Of a DNA stretch of 64,000 nucleotides, positions 9,658 to 18,981 are shown piece after piece. The position numbers and the translations under genes were made by a program. Source of the stretch: an uncultured Mediterraneibacter sp. (lineage in GTDB: Bacteria; Bacillota; Clostridia; Lachnospirales; Lachnospiraceae). The DNA lies in contig CALWKB010000017.1 in assembly GCA_944381125.1 (NCBI GenBank), positions 8,092-72,091 of the forward strand. The letters are read 5' to 3'. Within the stretch, counting starts at the first letter, position 1, and every line of letters starts with the position of its first letter. A model generated the notes under the pieces. That model made no database searches. It was not told where the DNA came from and saw only the letters and a list, made by a program, of their open reading frames with translations.

Positions 9658-10743
9658 TTGGAGCGTTCCGAAAAGAGGCAAAGATATGACGACGTGCTTC
9701 TGGCGGTTGTGCTGATTCTTGTCGGGATCGGTCTCGTGCTGCTTTACAGTACAAGCGCGTACAACGGCAGAGTGAAATTTCATGATTCGTTATACTATCT
9801 GAAAAAACAGGGCTTCGCCGCCCTGGCAGGACTTTTCGGCATGGTTGTCATCTCCCGCATTGATTATCATAAATGGGTGCCTTTTGCCATACCGGGTTAT
9901 CTGATGGCTGTATTTCTCTCCGTTGCGGTTATGCTGTTTGGAGATGAATATAACGGGTCCAAAAGATGGCTGTCTTTTGGGCCTTTTTCATTTCAGCCGT
10001 CGGAGTTCGCCAAGGTGGCGGTAATCCTGTTTTTATCCTGTCTGATCAGCAGAAATGTAAAAAAGATGGGCCGTTTTTCATCCCTCCTGCTGACGCTGCT
10101 TCCGGTTCTTCCGGTTGTGGGGCTGGTGGGCGCCAGCAATCTGAGCACGGCGATTATCATTCTGGGCATTGCGGTCGTGCAGATTTTCGCCGCCAGCCCG
10201 AAGTATTCGCAGTTTATCTGGATGGGGAGCGCGGCGGCGGCTTTTATGGCTGTATTTCTTGCCATGGAGAGCTACCGGCTGGAGCGGATCGCCATCTGGC
10301 GCAATCCGGAGCAGTATGAAAAAGGATATCAGACACTTCAGGGGCTGTATGCCATCGGAAGCGGCGGGCTTTTCGGCAGAGGGCTGGGAAACAGCGTGCA
10401 GAAGCTCGGCTTCCTTCCGGAGGCGCAGAATGATATGATTTTTTCCATTATATGCGAAGAACTCGGACTGGCGGGAGCCTGCGGCATCATTTTTCTGTTT
10501 CTGATTCTGATCTGGCGCTTTTTCGTAATCGCCACAAAAGCCCGGGATCTGCTCGGCGCTCTGATCGCCGGCGGGGCTATGGCTCATATGATGATCCAGG
10601 TTATTCTGAATATCGCGGTGGTGACAAATTCGATTCCGAATACAGGAATTACGCTGCCATTTATCAGTTACGGCGGTACGTCCATAGTATTTCTGCTCTT
10701 TGAAATGGGGCTTGTGCTTAGTGTATCCCGTCTGATAGAATAG
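9658..10743 (+). CDS. ftsW: SEDS peptidoglycan polymerase FtsW/SpoVE
   Basis: NGSKRW, FQPSEFAK, LPEAQNDMIF, TGITLPFISYGGTS; TTG start. Confidence 0.9.
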   Translation: MERSEKRQRYDDVLLAVVLILVGIGLVLLYSTSAYNGRVKFHDSLYYLKKQGFAALAGLFGMVVISRIDYHKWVPFAIPGYLMAVFLSVAVMLFGDEYNGSKRWLSFGPFSFQPSEFAKVAVILFLSCLISRNVKKMGRFSSLLLTLLPVLPVVGLVGASNLSTAIIILGIAVVQIFAASPKYSQFIWMGSAAAAFMAVFLAMESYRLERIAIWRNPEQYEKGYQTLQGLYAIGSGGLFGRGLGNSVQKLGFLPEAQNDMIFSIICEELGLAGACGIIFLFLILIWRFFVIATKARDLLGALIAGGAMAHMMIQVILNIAVVTNSIPNTGITLPFISYGGTSIVFLLFEMGLVLSVSRLIE

Positions 10744-10762
10744 GGGCTGAGGAGGAATATGG

Positions 10763-11509
10763 ATGAAAGAAAAAAAGAACGGAAAGAGAAAAATACTGCC
10801 TGTTGTATGCGGGGCGGTTATCATACTTCTGCTGGCAGGGGTTATTGCCGTGTTCGGATTCCGGGTGCGGGCATTTGAAGTGGATGGAAATAAATATTAC
10901 AGCGACAATTCGGTGACCGCGTGGATAAATAACGATGAGCTGGCCGCGAATTCCCTGTATATTCTGATAAAATACAATCTGACAGATCCGGATCTCCCCG
11001 ACGCGGTGGAGCGGCTTGACATTTCCCTGAAAAATCCCTGGACGGTTCATGTTCAGGTAAAGGAAAAACAGATGGTCGGATATGTGGATTATGACGGAGC
11101 CTTTCTTTACTTTGACCATGACGGCACCGCTTTTGTGTCGCGCAAGAAAGAAGTCGAGGGAGTCTTTCGCGTGGAAGGCCTCTCTTTTGACGCGGGGAAT
11201 GTCGTGATGGGAAAAACCATCCCCGCCGAGGATCCTGATATTTTTGAAAAGATAGCGGAAGTGTCCCGCGGTCTGGACAAATACGAGCTGGTGCCTGACA
11301 AGGTATCCTGTGCGGGAGGAGAGATGCAGCTGATGTTCGGCAAGGTGCGGATCCTCCTGGGAAATGATAATTACGATGAGAGAATGGCGCAGATCAGTCC
11401 GATTCTTCAGAAGCTGGACGAACGGTATCCGGATACGGCCGGAACCCTTCATCTGGAGAAGTTTGACGGTGATTCTGAAAACATTCCGTTCGTACCGGAA
11501 AGCAAATAA
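10763..11509 (+). CDS. ftsQ: Cell division protein FtsQ/DivIB-like
   Basis: Short basic N-terminus, TM helix, POTRA-like region (V.GNKYY...PWTVHVQVKE); located before ftsZ. Confidence 0.75.
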   Translation: MKEKKNGKRKILPVVCGAVIILLLAGVIAVFGFRVRAFEVDGNKYYSDNSVTAWINNDELAANSLYILIKYNLTDPDLPDAVERLDISLKNPWTVHVQVKEKQMVGYVDYDGAFLYFDHDGTAFVSRKKEVEGVFRVEGLSFDAGNVVMGKTIPAEDPDIFEKIAEVSRGLDKYELVPDKVSCAGGEMQLMFGKVRILLGNDNYDERMAQISPILQKLDERYPDTAGTLHLEKFDGDSENIPFVPESK

Positions 11510-11562
11510 GGGAGGAATGGCCGTAAATAGTATAAAAAATCTGAAAAACAGGAAAAAATGTA

Positions 11563-11591
11563 TTGATTATTTGAGAAAAAGACTTTATTAT
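11563..11591 (+). promoter_or_regulatory. Putative sigma-A promoter of ftsZ
   Basis: TTGATT-17nt-TATTAT in an AT-rich intergenic region. Confidence 0.5.
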
Positions 11592-11665
11592 ATACTTATT
11601 GAATTGGATTATTCAATAAAAGGGATGTATAAGAGATTAATAAGACGACAAAGGAGGAAATACTC

Positions 11666-12838
11666 TTGTTAGAAATTAAAACCAACGAATCGGAAGCGGC
11701 CGCAAGAATAATTGTTGTCGGAGTAGGCGGCGGCGGAAATAATGCCGTTAACCGGATGATTGACGAGCAGATTGCGGGTGTGGAATTTATCGCAGTTAAT
11801 ACAGATAAACAGGCGTTACAGCTCTGCAAGGCACCGACTCTGATGCAGATCGGAGAGAAACTGACCAAAGGACTTGGCGCCGGAGCACAGCCTGAGGTAG
11901 GAGAAAAAGCGGCGGAGGAAAGCTCTGAGGAGATTTCAGCGGCTCTCAAGGGAGCGGACATGGTGTTCGTAACCTGCGGTATGGGCGGCGGAACCGGTAC
12001 GGGAGCGGCTCCGGTAATCGCGCGCATCGCGAAAGAGCAGGGCGCTCTTACGGTCGGCGTTGTAACAAAGCCTTTCCGTTTTGAGTCAAAGACAAGAATG
12101 CAGAACGCTCTTACCGGAATTGATAAGTTGAAAGAGAATGTTGACACAATTATTGTGATCCCGAATGATAAACTTCTTGAAGTTGTGGACAGACGCACAA
12201 CAATGCCAGAGGCATTAAAGAAAGCGGATGAAGTTCTCCAGCAGGGTATCCAGGGAATTACAGACCTGATTAATGTTCCGTCACTGATTAACCTTGACTT
12301 TGCGGACATTCAGACGGTTATGAAAGACAAGGGAATCGCCCACATCGGCATCGGCGCCGGAAGAGGCGACGACAAAGCCCTTGAGGCGGTTAAAGAGGCT
12401 GTTGCCAGCCCGCTGCTTGAGACTACGATACAGGGAGCTTCCAATGTCATTGTCAACGTATCCGGCGACATTACGCTTATGGATGCATCTGACGCTGCTG
12501 ATTACGTACAGGAGCTCGCGGGAGAGGGCGCAAGCATTATCTTCGGCGCTATGTACGATGATACGAAGTCTGACGAGTGTACGATTACCGTTATCGCCAC
12601 AGGCTTACATAATGTCGGCGGCAGCGCTTCCAAGCTGAAAGCGAGACTGGAAGGCCAGCAGAAAGTCGGTTCCATTCTCCCGTCCGGGGATTCACCGATA
12701 AGAAGCCGTTTCGACAGCGACGGAAGAACAGCTTCTTCCAGAACTCAGGGAGGCACGATGCCTACTCTGCAGCCGAGGACTCCCTCCAGCAAGGTAAAGG
12801 AGCAGCCGATTAAAATACCGGATTTCTTTAAAAAATAA
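11666..12838 (+). CDS. ftsZ: Cell division GTPase FtsZ
   Basis: [17 protein letters not shown] tubulin signature, NLDFAD, C-terminal IKIPDFFKK peptide; TTG start after AGGAGG. Confidence 0.99.
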   Translation: MLEIKTNESEAAARIIVVGVGGGGNNAVNRMIDEQIAGVEFIAVNTDKQALQLCKAPTLMQIGEKLTKGLGAGAQPEVGEKAAEESSEEISAALKGADMVFVTCGMGGGTGTGAAPVIARIAKEQGALTVGVVTKPFRFESKTRMQNALTGIDKLKENVDTIIVIPNDKLLEVVDRRTTMPEALKKADEVLQQGIQGITDLINVPSLINLDFADIQTVMKDKGIAHIGIGAGRGDDKALEAVKEAVASPLLETTIQGASNVIVNVSGDITLMDASDAADYVQELAGEGASIIFGAMYDDTKSDECTITVIATGLHNVGGSASKLKARLEGQQKVGSILPSGDSPIRSRFDSDGRTASSRTQGGTMPTLQPRTPSSKVKEQPIKIPDFFKK

Positions 12839-12855
12839 TATATGCATGAAATGAT

Positions 12856-12898
12856 CTCTGCGTACACAAAACGGATGTGTACGCAGAGTTTTTCTTTT
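12856..12898 (+). terminator. Intrinsic terminator after ftsZ
   Basis: 12-bp stem ctctgcgtacac / gtgtacgcagag followed by tttttctttt. Confidence 0.9.
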
Positions 12899-12920
12899 GG
12901 GAAAGTCGTCCGGACTGTCC

Positions 12921-12986
12921 TGTCGAAATAAAAATCATATTATCCGTCAGCATCTGACAAATTTCCGAAACCTGCGGGCTTATAAT
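12921..12986 (+). promoter_or_regulatory. spoIIG promoter region with Spo0A box
   Basis: Perfect 0A box TGTCGAA at 12921-12927, near-match TTCCGAA at 12963-12969, TATAAT at 12981-12986; spoIIG is a known Spo0A~P target. Confidence 0.7.
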
Positions 12987-13052
12987 TTTCTGGAGCTTTA
13001 AGAGAACACTGCCGTTTCCGGCAGATACTACAAAGGAGAAAGAAGGTGGAAC

Positions 13053-13838
13053 ATGTACTATGAACTGTACATAGATGTGTTTTTTCTGGAAAATTTTATG
13101 ATAGACAGCCTGCTGCTCCTGGCTGTGGGGCGGGCGATGAAATGTTTCCGGTCATACGGGCGCGTCGTTCTTGGCGGGATGCTTGGCAGTCTGCTCACAT
13201 GTCTGGTGGTCGCGGCCCCGCTCCCGGCGGCGTTAAAGCTGCTGCTTTTTCATTTTGCCGTAAACAGTCTGATGCTAACCGCGGGGTTAAGGATATCCGG
13301 CGCGGCGCAGTTCGCGAAGGCGTTCGTCCTGCTGTATCTGGCGGCTGTTGCCACGGGAGGAGCGGCAGAGCTTTTACGGCCGTGGATGAGGTATGCGGGC
13401 CTTCTCTACGGGGCTTTCGTAGCGGGCTATTTCCTGTTTTACGCAATCTGGAGGACGGCCGCGCGCTCCGGCAGAAGGGAAGAGGAAATACTGAGTGTTA
13501 CACTGTACGCCGGAAAAACGGTGATAGAGACGACTGCGTTATGGGATACGGGAAATAATCTTACGGATCCTCTTACCGGCGATCCGGTAAACATTGTGGC
13601 GCCCGGCCTGGCAAAAGAGATGCTCGCCCCGGAAGGAGCGGACAAAGGGTTTCGCTATATACCGTTTCGCTGCGTGGGCGGGGAGAGCGTTCTGCCGGTG
13701 TTCCGCGGAGAAAAGATGTGCATACACACAGGGGAAGACTGCTGGATCATGAGGCCGCTTCTCGGAATCAGCCCTTCGGGGCTTCTCCGGGAGGAAGGAT
13801 GCCAGATGATACTGAATCCGGGTGTTCTGTACCGGTGA
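13053..13838 (+). CDS. spoIIGA: Pro-sigma-E processing aspartic protease SpoIIGA
   Basis: Y.DVFFLENF.ID.LLL, multiple TM helices, ALWDTGN.L.DP, R.IPF. Confidence 0.93.
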   Translation: MYYELYIDVFFLENFMIDSLLLLAVGRAMKCFRSYGRVVLGGMLGSLLTCLVVAAPLPAALKLLLFHFAVNSLMLTAGLRISGAAQFAKAFVLLYLAAVATGGAAELLRPWMRYAGLLYGAFVAGYFLFYAIWRTAARSGRREEEILSVTLYAGKTVIETTALWDTGNNLTDPLTGDPVNIVAPGLAKEMLAPEGADKGFRYIPFRCVGGESVLPVFRGEKMCIHTGEDCWIMRPLLGISPSGLLREEGCQMILNPGVLYR

Positions 13839-13881
13839 TAACACAGAACTTTACATGAAATAAATGCAGGAGGAAAATAAA

Positions 13882-14625
13882 ATGGTTTTAAAGGCAGCTG
13901 TTCCGCAGCAATTCAAGTTTCGGGTAATACCGGGGATACGGAACCTGATTTTCGGAGAAGGACGCGAGATTCATTATATCGGAGGGACGGAAGTGCTTCC
14001 GCCGCCGCTGGAAGGAAAAAAGGAAAGGGAGCTGATCCGGCGTCTCGGCACGGAACATGACGAGGCGGCAAAAAAGATGCTGATTGAACACAATCTGCGC
14101 CTTGTCGTGTACATAGCAAAGAAGTTCGACAATACAGGGGTAGGCGTGGAGGACCTGATTTCTATAGGGACGATCGGGCTTATCAAGTCGATTAATACAT
14201 TCAATCCCTCAAAGAAAATCAAGCTTGCCACATATGCATCAAGATGTATTGAAAATGAGATTCTCATGTATCTGAGAAGGAACAGCAAGACAAAGATGGA
14301 AGTGTCGATAGACGAACCGCTGAATGTGGACTGGGACGGGAATGAGCTGCTGCTGTCGGATATCCTCGGGACAGAAGAAGACACAATCTACAGAGACCTG
14401 GAGAATGAGGCGGAGAGAAAGCTTCTGGTCCGCGCGCTGAACAAACTTTCCGGAAGAGAAAAGATGATTGTAAAGATGAGGTTCGGACTGGATAATCCGG
14501 AGGGAAAAGAAAAAACTCAGAAGGAGGTGGCCGATCTGCTCGGTATTTCACAGTCGTATATTTCCAGACTTGAAAAAAAGATAATGCAGAGACTTAAGCG
14601 CGAGATGATAAGGTATGAACAGTAG
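13882..14625 (+). CDS. sigE: RNA polymerase sporulation sigma factor SigE
   Basis: [24 protein letters not shown]-like region, [30 protein letters not shown]; start at ATG 13882 after AGGAGG. Confidence 0.97.
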   Translation: MVLKAAVPQQFKFRVIPGIRNLIFGEGREIHYIGGTEVLPPPLEGKKERELIRRLGTEHDEAAKKMLIEHNLRLVVYIAKKFDNTGVGVEDLISIGTIGLIKSINTFNPSKKIKLATYASRCIENEILMYLRRNSKTKMEVSIDEPLNVDWDGNELLLSDILGTEEDTIYRDLENEAERKLLVRALNKLSGREKMIVKMRFGLDNPEGKEKTQKEVADLLGISQSYISRLEKKIMQRLKREMIRYEQ

Positions 14626-14696
14626 CGAAAAACAGGTGGATATTTCCGGCGGAGATGGTACAATATAAGAAAAGCGAAAAGGGTTGGTGAGACATT

Positions 14697-16301
14697 ATGA
14701 AGCTTACTTTTATCGGAGCAGCCCATGAAGTTACGGGAAGCTGCCATTTCCTTCAGGCGGCCGGGAAGAATATCCTGGTAGACTGCGGCATGGAGCAGGG
14801 TCCGGATCTGTATGAGAATCCGGGGCTCCCGATTCCGGCCGGAGAAGTTGACTATGTGTTTCTGACACACGCGCACATCGACCATTCCGGGATGCTTCCG
14901 CGGCTGGCGAAAGACGGATTTAAGGGAAAGATATTCGCCACATTCGCGACGGCGGATCTGTGCAATATCATGCTGCGTGACAGCGCCCACATTCAGGAAT
15001 TTGAGGCGGAGTGGCAGAACAGAAAAGGAAGACGGGCGGGCAGGCCGGAAGTTGAGCCGGTGTATACGATGCAGGACGCGCTGAGCGCAATAGAACTTCT
15101 TGTCCCCTGCCAGTACAGAGAGATGATCCGGATCTGCGACGATATCCAGATACGGTTTACCGATGTGGGGCATCTGCTCGGTTCCGCAAGCATCGAAGTG
15201 TGGGCCACGGAAGAGGGCGTGACGAAAAAGCTTGTATTTTCCGGCGATATCGGGAATCTGGATCAGCCGATTATCAAAGATCCCGCCTACACAAGGACGG
15301 CGGATTACGTAATTATGGAATCCACATACGGAAATCGGATCCATTCTGCGGAAAAACCGGACTATATAGGCGAGTTTACGAAGATTCTTAAAGAAACATT
15401 TGACCGGGGAGGCAACCTTGTAATTCCGTCGTTCGCTGTGGGCAGAACGCAGGAGATGCTGTATTTTATCCGGGAAATCAAGGAGAAAAATCTTCTGCCG
15501 GAGTATCCCGGGTTTGAAGTCTATCTGGACAGTCCGCTTGCCATTGAGGCGACGAAGGTGTTTACTCTGAATATGAAAGACTGTTTTGACGAGGACGCCA
15601 TGGCTCTTGTCAACGCCGGAATCAACCCGCTTGTATTTCCGGGACTTCACACATCCACAACAAGCGACGATTCCAAAATGATCAATTTTATCGAAAAACC
15701 AAAGGTGATTATTTCCGCTTCCGGAATGTGCGATGCCGGACGTATCCGCCACCACCTGAAACATAATCTGTGGAGGCCGGAATGTACGGTGCTCTTTGTG
15801 GGATACCAGGCGCAGGGAACTCTGGGACGCAGACTTCTGGAAGGCGAAAAAAATATCCGGCTTTTCGGAGAGGAAATCGAAGTGCATGCAAGAATCGAAA
15901 GCCTTCACGGCGTCAGCGGGCATGCGGACATGAACGGGCTGCTCAGGTGGGTGGGCGCCTTTGAAACGCCTCTGGAGAGAGTGTTTGTCGTCCATGGCGA
16001 GGATGCTGTGACCGACGAGTTTGCCCGGACTGTTTCGGAAAAATTAGGCTGCCGGACATGGGCGCCTTATCCGGGCTGCGAGGCGGATCTTCTGACGAAC
16101 GAGATTATAAATGAAGGCGTTAAAATTCCGGCGAAACCGAAGAAAGCGGCTCAGAAGAAAGCCGATACCGCATTCGGCCGTCTGGTCGCGGCAGGAAAGA
16201 GGCTGCTTGATGTTATTTACAGAAACGAGGGGCTTTCAAACAGAGACAAGGCGAAATTTGAAGGCCAGATCAATAGTCTGGCTGATAAATGGGAAAATTA
16301 A
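14697..16301 (+). CDS. MBL-fold beta-CASP metallo-hydrolase (RNA-processing family)
   Basis: GAA.EVTGS, THAHIDHSG, FSGDIG, MESTYG, SGHAD, VHGE. Confidence 0.92.
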   Translation: MKLTFIGAAHEVTGSCHFLQAAGKNILVDCGMEQGPDLYENPGLPIPAGEVDYVFLTHAHIDHSGMLPRLAKDGFKGKIFATFATADLCNIMLRDSAHIQEFEAEWQNRKGRRAGRPEVEPVYTMQDALSAIELLVPCQYREMIRICDDIQIRFTDVGHLLGSASIEVWATEEGVTKKLVFSGDIGNLDQPIIKDPAYTRTADYVIMESTYGNRIHSAEKPDYIGEFTKILKETFDRGGNLVIPSFAVGRTQEMLYFIREIKEKNLLPEYPGFEVYLDSPLAIEATKVFTLNMKDCFDEDAMALVNAGINPLVFPGLHTSTTSDDSKMINFIEKPKVIISASGMCDAGRIRHHLKHNLWRPECTVLFVGYQAQGTLGRRLLEGEKNIRLFGEEIEVHARIESLHGVSGHADMNGLLRWVGAFETPLERVFVVHGEDAVTDEFARTVSEKLGCRTWAPYPGCEADLLTNEIINEGVKIPAKPKKAAQKKADTAFGRLVAAGKRLLDVIYRNEGLSNRDKAKFEGQINSLADKWEN

Positions 16302-16433
16302 ATTCCGGACCGGCGGCATCTGAGGAAAGCTCTGTCAAGGGCTAAAAGTTTATAAAATTTTTCTCTGTCGGGAATATCTTTCAATCTGAATGAGAATCAT
16401 TCTAGGTAGAAAATGCTTAGGAGGATTCTTGCG

Positions 16434-17216
16434 ATGATGGTAAATAAGGTTGAACTGTGCGGAGTGAATACGTCCGGGCTTCCGCTTCTCAAAGAAGAGG
16501 AAAAAGCCGAGCTGTTTCAGCGGATTCAGGAAGGAGACGAGGAAGCGCGGGAAAAATATATAAAGGGAAATCTCAGGCTTGTTCTCAGTGTGATCAGGAG
16601 ATTTGAAGGCAGCAGCGAAAATGCGGACGATCTGTTCCAGATCGGCTGCGTCGGCCTGATGAAGGCAGTGGATCATTTTGATCCCGGCAGACTGGTGAAG
16701 TTTTCCACATATGCGGTGCCGATGATTATCGGAGAGATCCGCAGATATCTGAGAGACAACAGTTCCATACGGGTCAGCCGTTCCCTCAGGGACACAGCCT
16801 ATAAGGCGATTTACGCGAAAGAAGGATACGTACGGCGGCATATGAAGGAGCCTACGGTACAGGAAATCGCCGATGAGATCGGAATCGCGAGGGAGGACGT
16901 CGTCTTTGCCCTTGACGCCATACAGGCTCCCGTAAGCCTCCATGAGCCGGTCTACAGCGACGGAGGAGATACGCTGTATGTGATGGATCAGGTCAGCGAC
17001 AGAAAAAACCGGGAGGAAAACTGGGTGGAGGAACTGTCTCTTGACGCGGCGATGGAACGGCTTAACGAGCGGGAACGGTACATTATAACGCTCCGCTTTT
17101 TCGAGGGGAAAACACAGATGGAAGTGGCGGAGCAGATACGCATTTCACAGGCGCAGGTGAGCCGGCTCGAAAAAAACGCGCTGAAGACAATGCGAAGATA
17201 TCTTCTCGGCGAGTAA
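16434..17216 (+). CDS. sigG: RNA polymerase sporulation sigma factor SigG
   Basis: NKVELCGVNTS.LP.L, DDLFQIGC.GL, RVSRSLRD.AY, ISQAQVSRLEK; start after AGGAGG. Confidence 0.97.
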   Translation: MMVNKVELCGVNTSGLPLLKEEEKAELFQRIQEGDEEAREKYIKGNLRLVLSVIRRFEGSSENADDLFQIGCVGLMKAVDHFDPGRLVKFSTYAVPMIIGEIRRYLRDNSSIRVSRSLRDTAYKAIYAKEGYVRRHMKEPTVQEIADEIGIAREDVVFALDAIQAPVSLHEPVYSDGGDTLYVMDQVSDRKNREENWVEELSLDAAMERLNERERYIITLRFFEGKTQMEVAEQIRISQAQVSRLEKNALKTMRRYLLGE

Positions 17217-17363
17217 GAAGGGATTGATCTTTTTCCCGCTTCATACTATGATTAAGACAGCGTCGGCCGGAGCCGGCGCTGTAAACAGTATAAAGCAGGG
17301 TATGAATGCATTTTCCGATGGCAGCCGGGAAACGCAGTACAGAAAGAGAAGGGAGCATGAGAT

Positions 17364-18032
17364 ATGTATAAAGCCTGTGTATTCGATCTGGACGGAACTC
17401 TGACCGATACGCTGGAGTCTCTTATCTGTTCGGTTAATGAAGTGATGAAGGAGATGAAACTTCCGGAAATTACAAGGGAACAGTGCAGGATGTTTGTGGG
17501 AAACGGAGCAAAAGTGCTGATCCGGAAAACACTGGAGGCCGCAGGCGTATCGGAGGCCGAATATTTCGACCCGGCTTTTCGGGCGTTTCAGAGGATATTT
17601 GATAAAAACTGCACCTATCGCGTAAAGCCTTATGATGGAATTGTGCCGCTTCTTGAAAATCTGAAGAAAGCGGGAATCCGGCTTGGCGTTCTGTCCAACA
17701 AACCGGACAGGCAGGCGGTTCATGTGGTCGGCAGTGTTTTTGGCGAAGACGTCTTTGATATTGTATGGGGACAGAAAGAGGGAGTGCCGAGAAAACCGGA
17801 TCCCGCCGCGCTTCTGATGATGGGCAGGGAACTCGGGGCGGCTCCTTCGGAGATGATCTACATCGGTGATTCCGAGGTGGATATACAGACCGGAGCGGCG
17901 GCCGGAGTAAAAACCGTTATTGTATCATGGGGCTTCCGTACAGTAAAAGAATTAAGGCGGGCCGGCGCGGAGCTGATTGTGGACTCCGCGGACGGGATTT
18001 TTGAAATGGCAGAAGAAGGAGGAACAGTATGA
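17364..18032 (+). CDS. HAD-family hydrolase (phosphoglycolate phosphatase-like)
   Basis: FDLDGTL, SNK, KPDP, YIGDSEVD. Confidence 0.92.
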   Translation: MYKACVFDLDGTLTDTLESLICSVNEVMKEMKLPEITREQCRMFVGNGAKVLIRKTLEAAGVSEAEYFDPAFRAFQRIFDKNCTYRVKPYDGIVPLLENLKKAGIRLGVLSNKPDRQAVHVVGSVFGEDVFDIVWGQKEGVPRKPDPAALLMMGRELGAAPSEMIYIGDSEVDIQTGAAAGVKTVIVSWGFRTVKELRRAGAELIVDSADGIFEMAEEGGTV

Positions 18033-18292
18033 GCGAATTCAGAGAAGAGGATCTGGCAGTGTTTATAAAAAATCAGACAAAGCTGTTTGATGAACCGGTG
18101 GCGGAGACGCCGGAAGAAGCTGAGGCGTTTCTGGAAGACTGCATGGCTGTTGTGGCGGATTCCATAGAGGAAGTAAGAGAGTATTTTGACGAAGCAGGGG
18201 CCGATGTAAGCGGTATGACCGAGGAGGAGCTTAAGGAGGCATCCGAAGTTTTTGCCCTTTCCGACGGCAGATACCTGATTGTGGAAGGGTAG
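18029..18292 (+). CDS. Small acidic protein of unknown function
   Basis: 87-aa ORF, ATGA overlap with the HAD gene, RBS GGAGG. Confidence 0.75.
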   Translation: MSEFREEDLAVFIKNQTKLFDEPVAETPEEAEAFLEDCMAVVADSIEEVREYFDEAGADVSGMTEEELKEASEVFALSDGRYLIVEG

Positions 18293-18355
18293 ACGGAAAA
18301 CCGGAGCAGACGGAAAGAAGACCGGCCGACTGCGGATTAAGAGCATAAACGGACG

Positions 18356-18388
18356 AAAAAAGCCGCAGTTCACCGGACTGCGGCTTTT
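18356..18388. terminator. Bidirectional terminator
   Basis: aaaaaagccgcagt-tcaccgg-actgcggctttt between convergent genes. Confidence 0.8.
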
Positions 18389-18804
18389 GAAACAGCTTCT
18401 TTGATAGTGTCGAGTATAATCTGAGACGTATAGGGCGCCTCATCAGACAGCGTCACGTCGTCCAGGGACTGTGTTTCGCAGACCTGTTCGGCAATGTCTT
18501 CTATGGCCGGCTGGACGAGCGGAAACATTGCGGCAACTGTCTCATCCAGATTGGAAAAGCGTATGGAATTGATACGGGATTCGTCTACAGATACTTCCAC
18601 CTCCAGATTTGTATTGTTCAGAGTCAGCGTGGATGTATAAATACCCGGGGTGTACTGCCGGCGTGCGTCTGCGCCGTCTTCTTTATTCTCCGGCCTGAAC
18701 ATGATGAACAGAAGAATGATCAGCAGTATCCCAAGCGCGGCAAAAACAGCAGTGTAAATGATCTCTTTCATGTGCAGAACGATGATCTTTGTTCTGGAAC
18801 CCAT
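18370..18804 (-). CDS. Membrane-anchored protein with degenerate FMN-binding-domain-like fold, probably sporulation-related
   Basis: N-terminal TM helix; Y.PG.Y...EVEVSVD..RI.SI and QSLDDV..S.EAPYTS..I resemble the FMN_bind family; RBS GGAGG; sigma-E promoter upstream. Confidence 0.7.
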   Translation of the reverse strand: MGSRTKIIVLHMKEIIYTAVFAALGILLIILLFIMFRPENKEDGADARRQYTPGIYTSTLTLNNTNLEVEVSVDESRINSIRFSNLDETVAAMFPLVQPAIEDIAEQVCETQSLDDVTLSDEAPYTSQIILDTIKEAVSKAAVR

Positions 18805-18859
18805 AGAATTACCTCCCGTTTTCGGCGGCCCTGTGTGCGGCCTGCCTCATGTTTTTATA

Positions 18860-18888
18860 ATTGTATGACTGAAAATGGGAAATTATTC
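18860..18888 (-). promoter_or_regulatory. Consensus sigma-E promoter
   Basis: Minus strand reads GAATAAT-14nt-CATACAAT, matching the B. subtilis sigma-E consensus in both boxes and spacing. Confidence 0.8.
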
Positions 18889-18981
18889 ACGGCTTTTGCG
18901 TGACAAAAGCGGCTCGATAGAGTAAAATAGATAATCCCGGAAAGCATCGTCAGGCGCTTCCGGTGATCTGCCAGGGAAGGA

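Noticed and set aside
11518-11672. 51-codon ORF MAVNSIKNLK... upstream of ftsZ, preceded by GGAGG
   Set aside because: The Shine-Dalgarno to ATG spacing is only about 1 nt, the ORF runs through the AT-rich ftsZ promoter, and the product resembles nothing I recognise
16372-16404. Sigma-F/G promoter for sigG (GAATA ... CATTCTA)
   Set aside because: The -10 is plausible but the 21-nt spacing is too long to call a complete promoter
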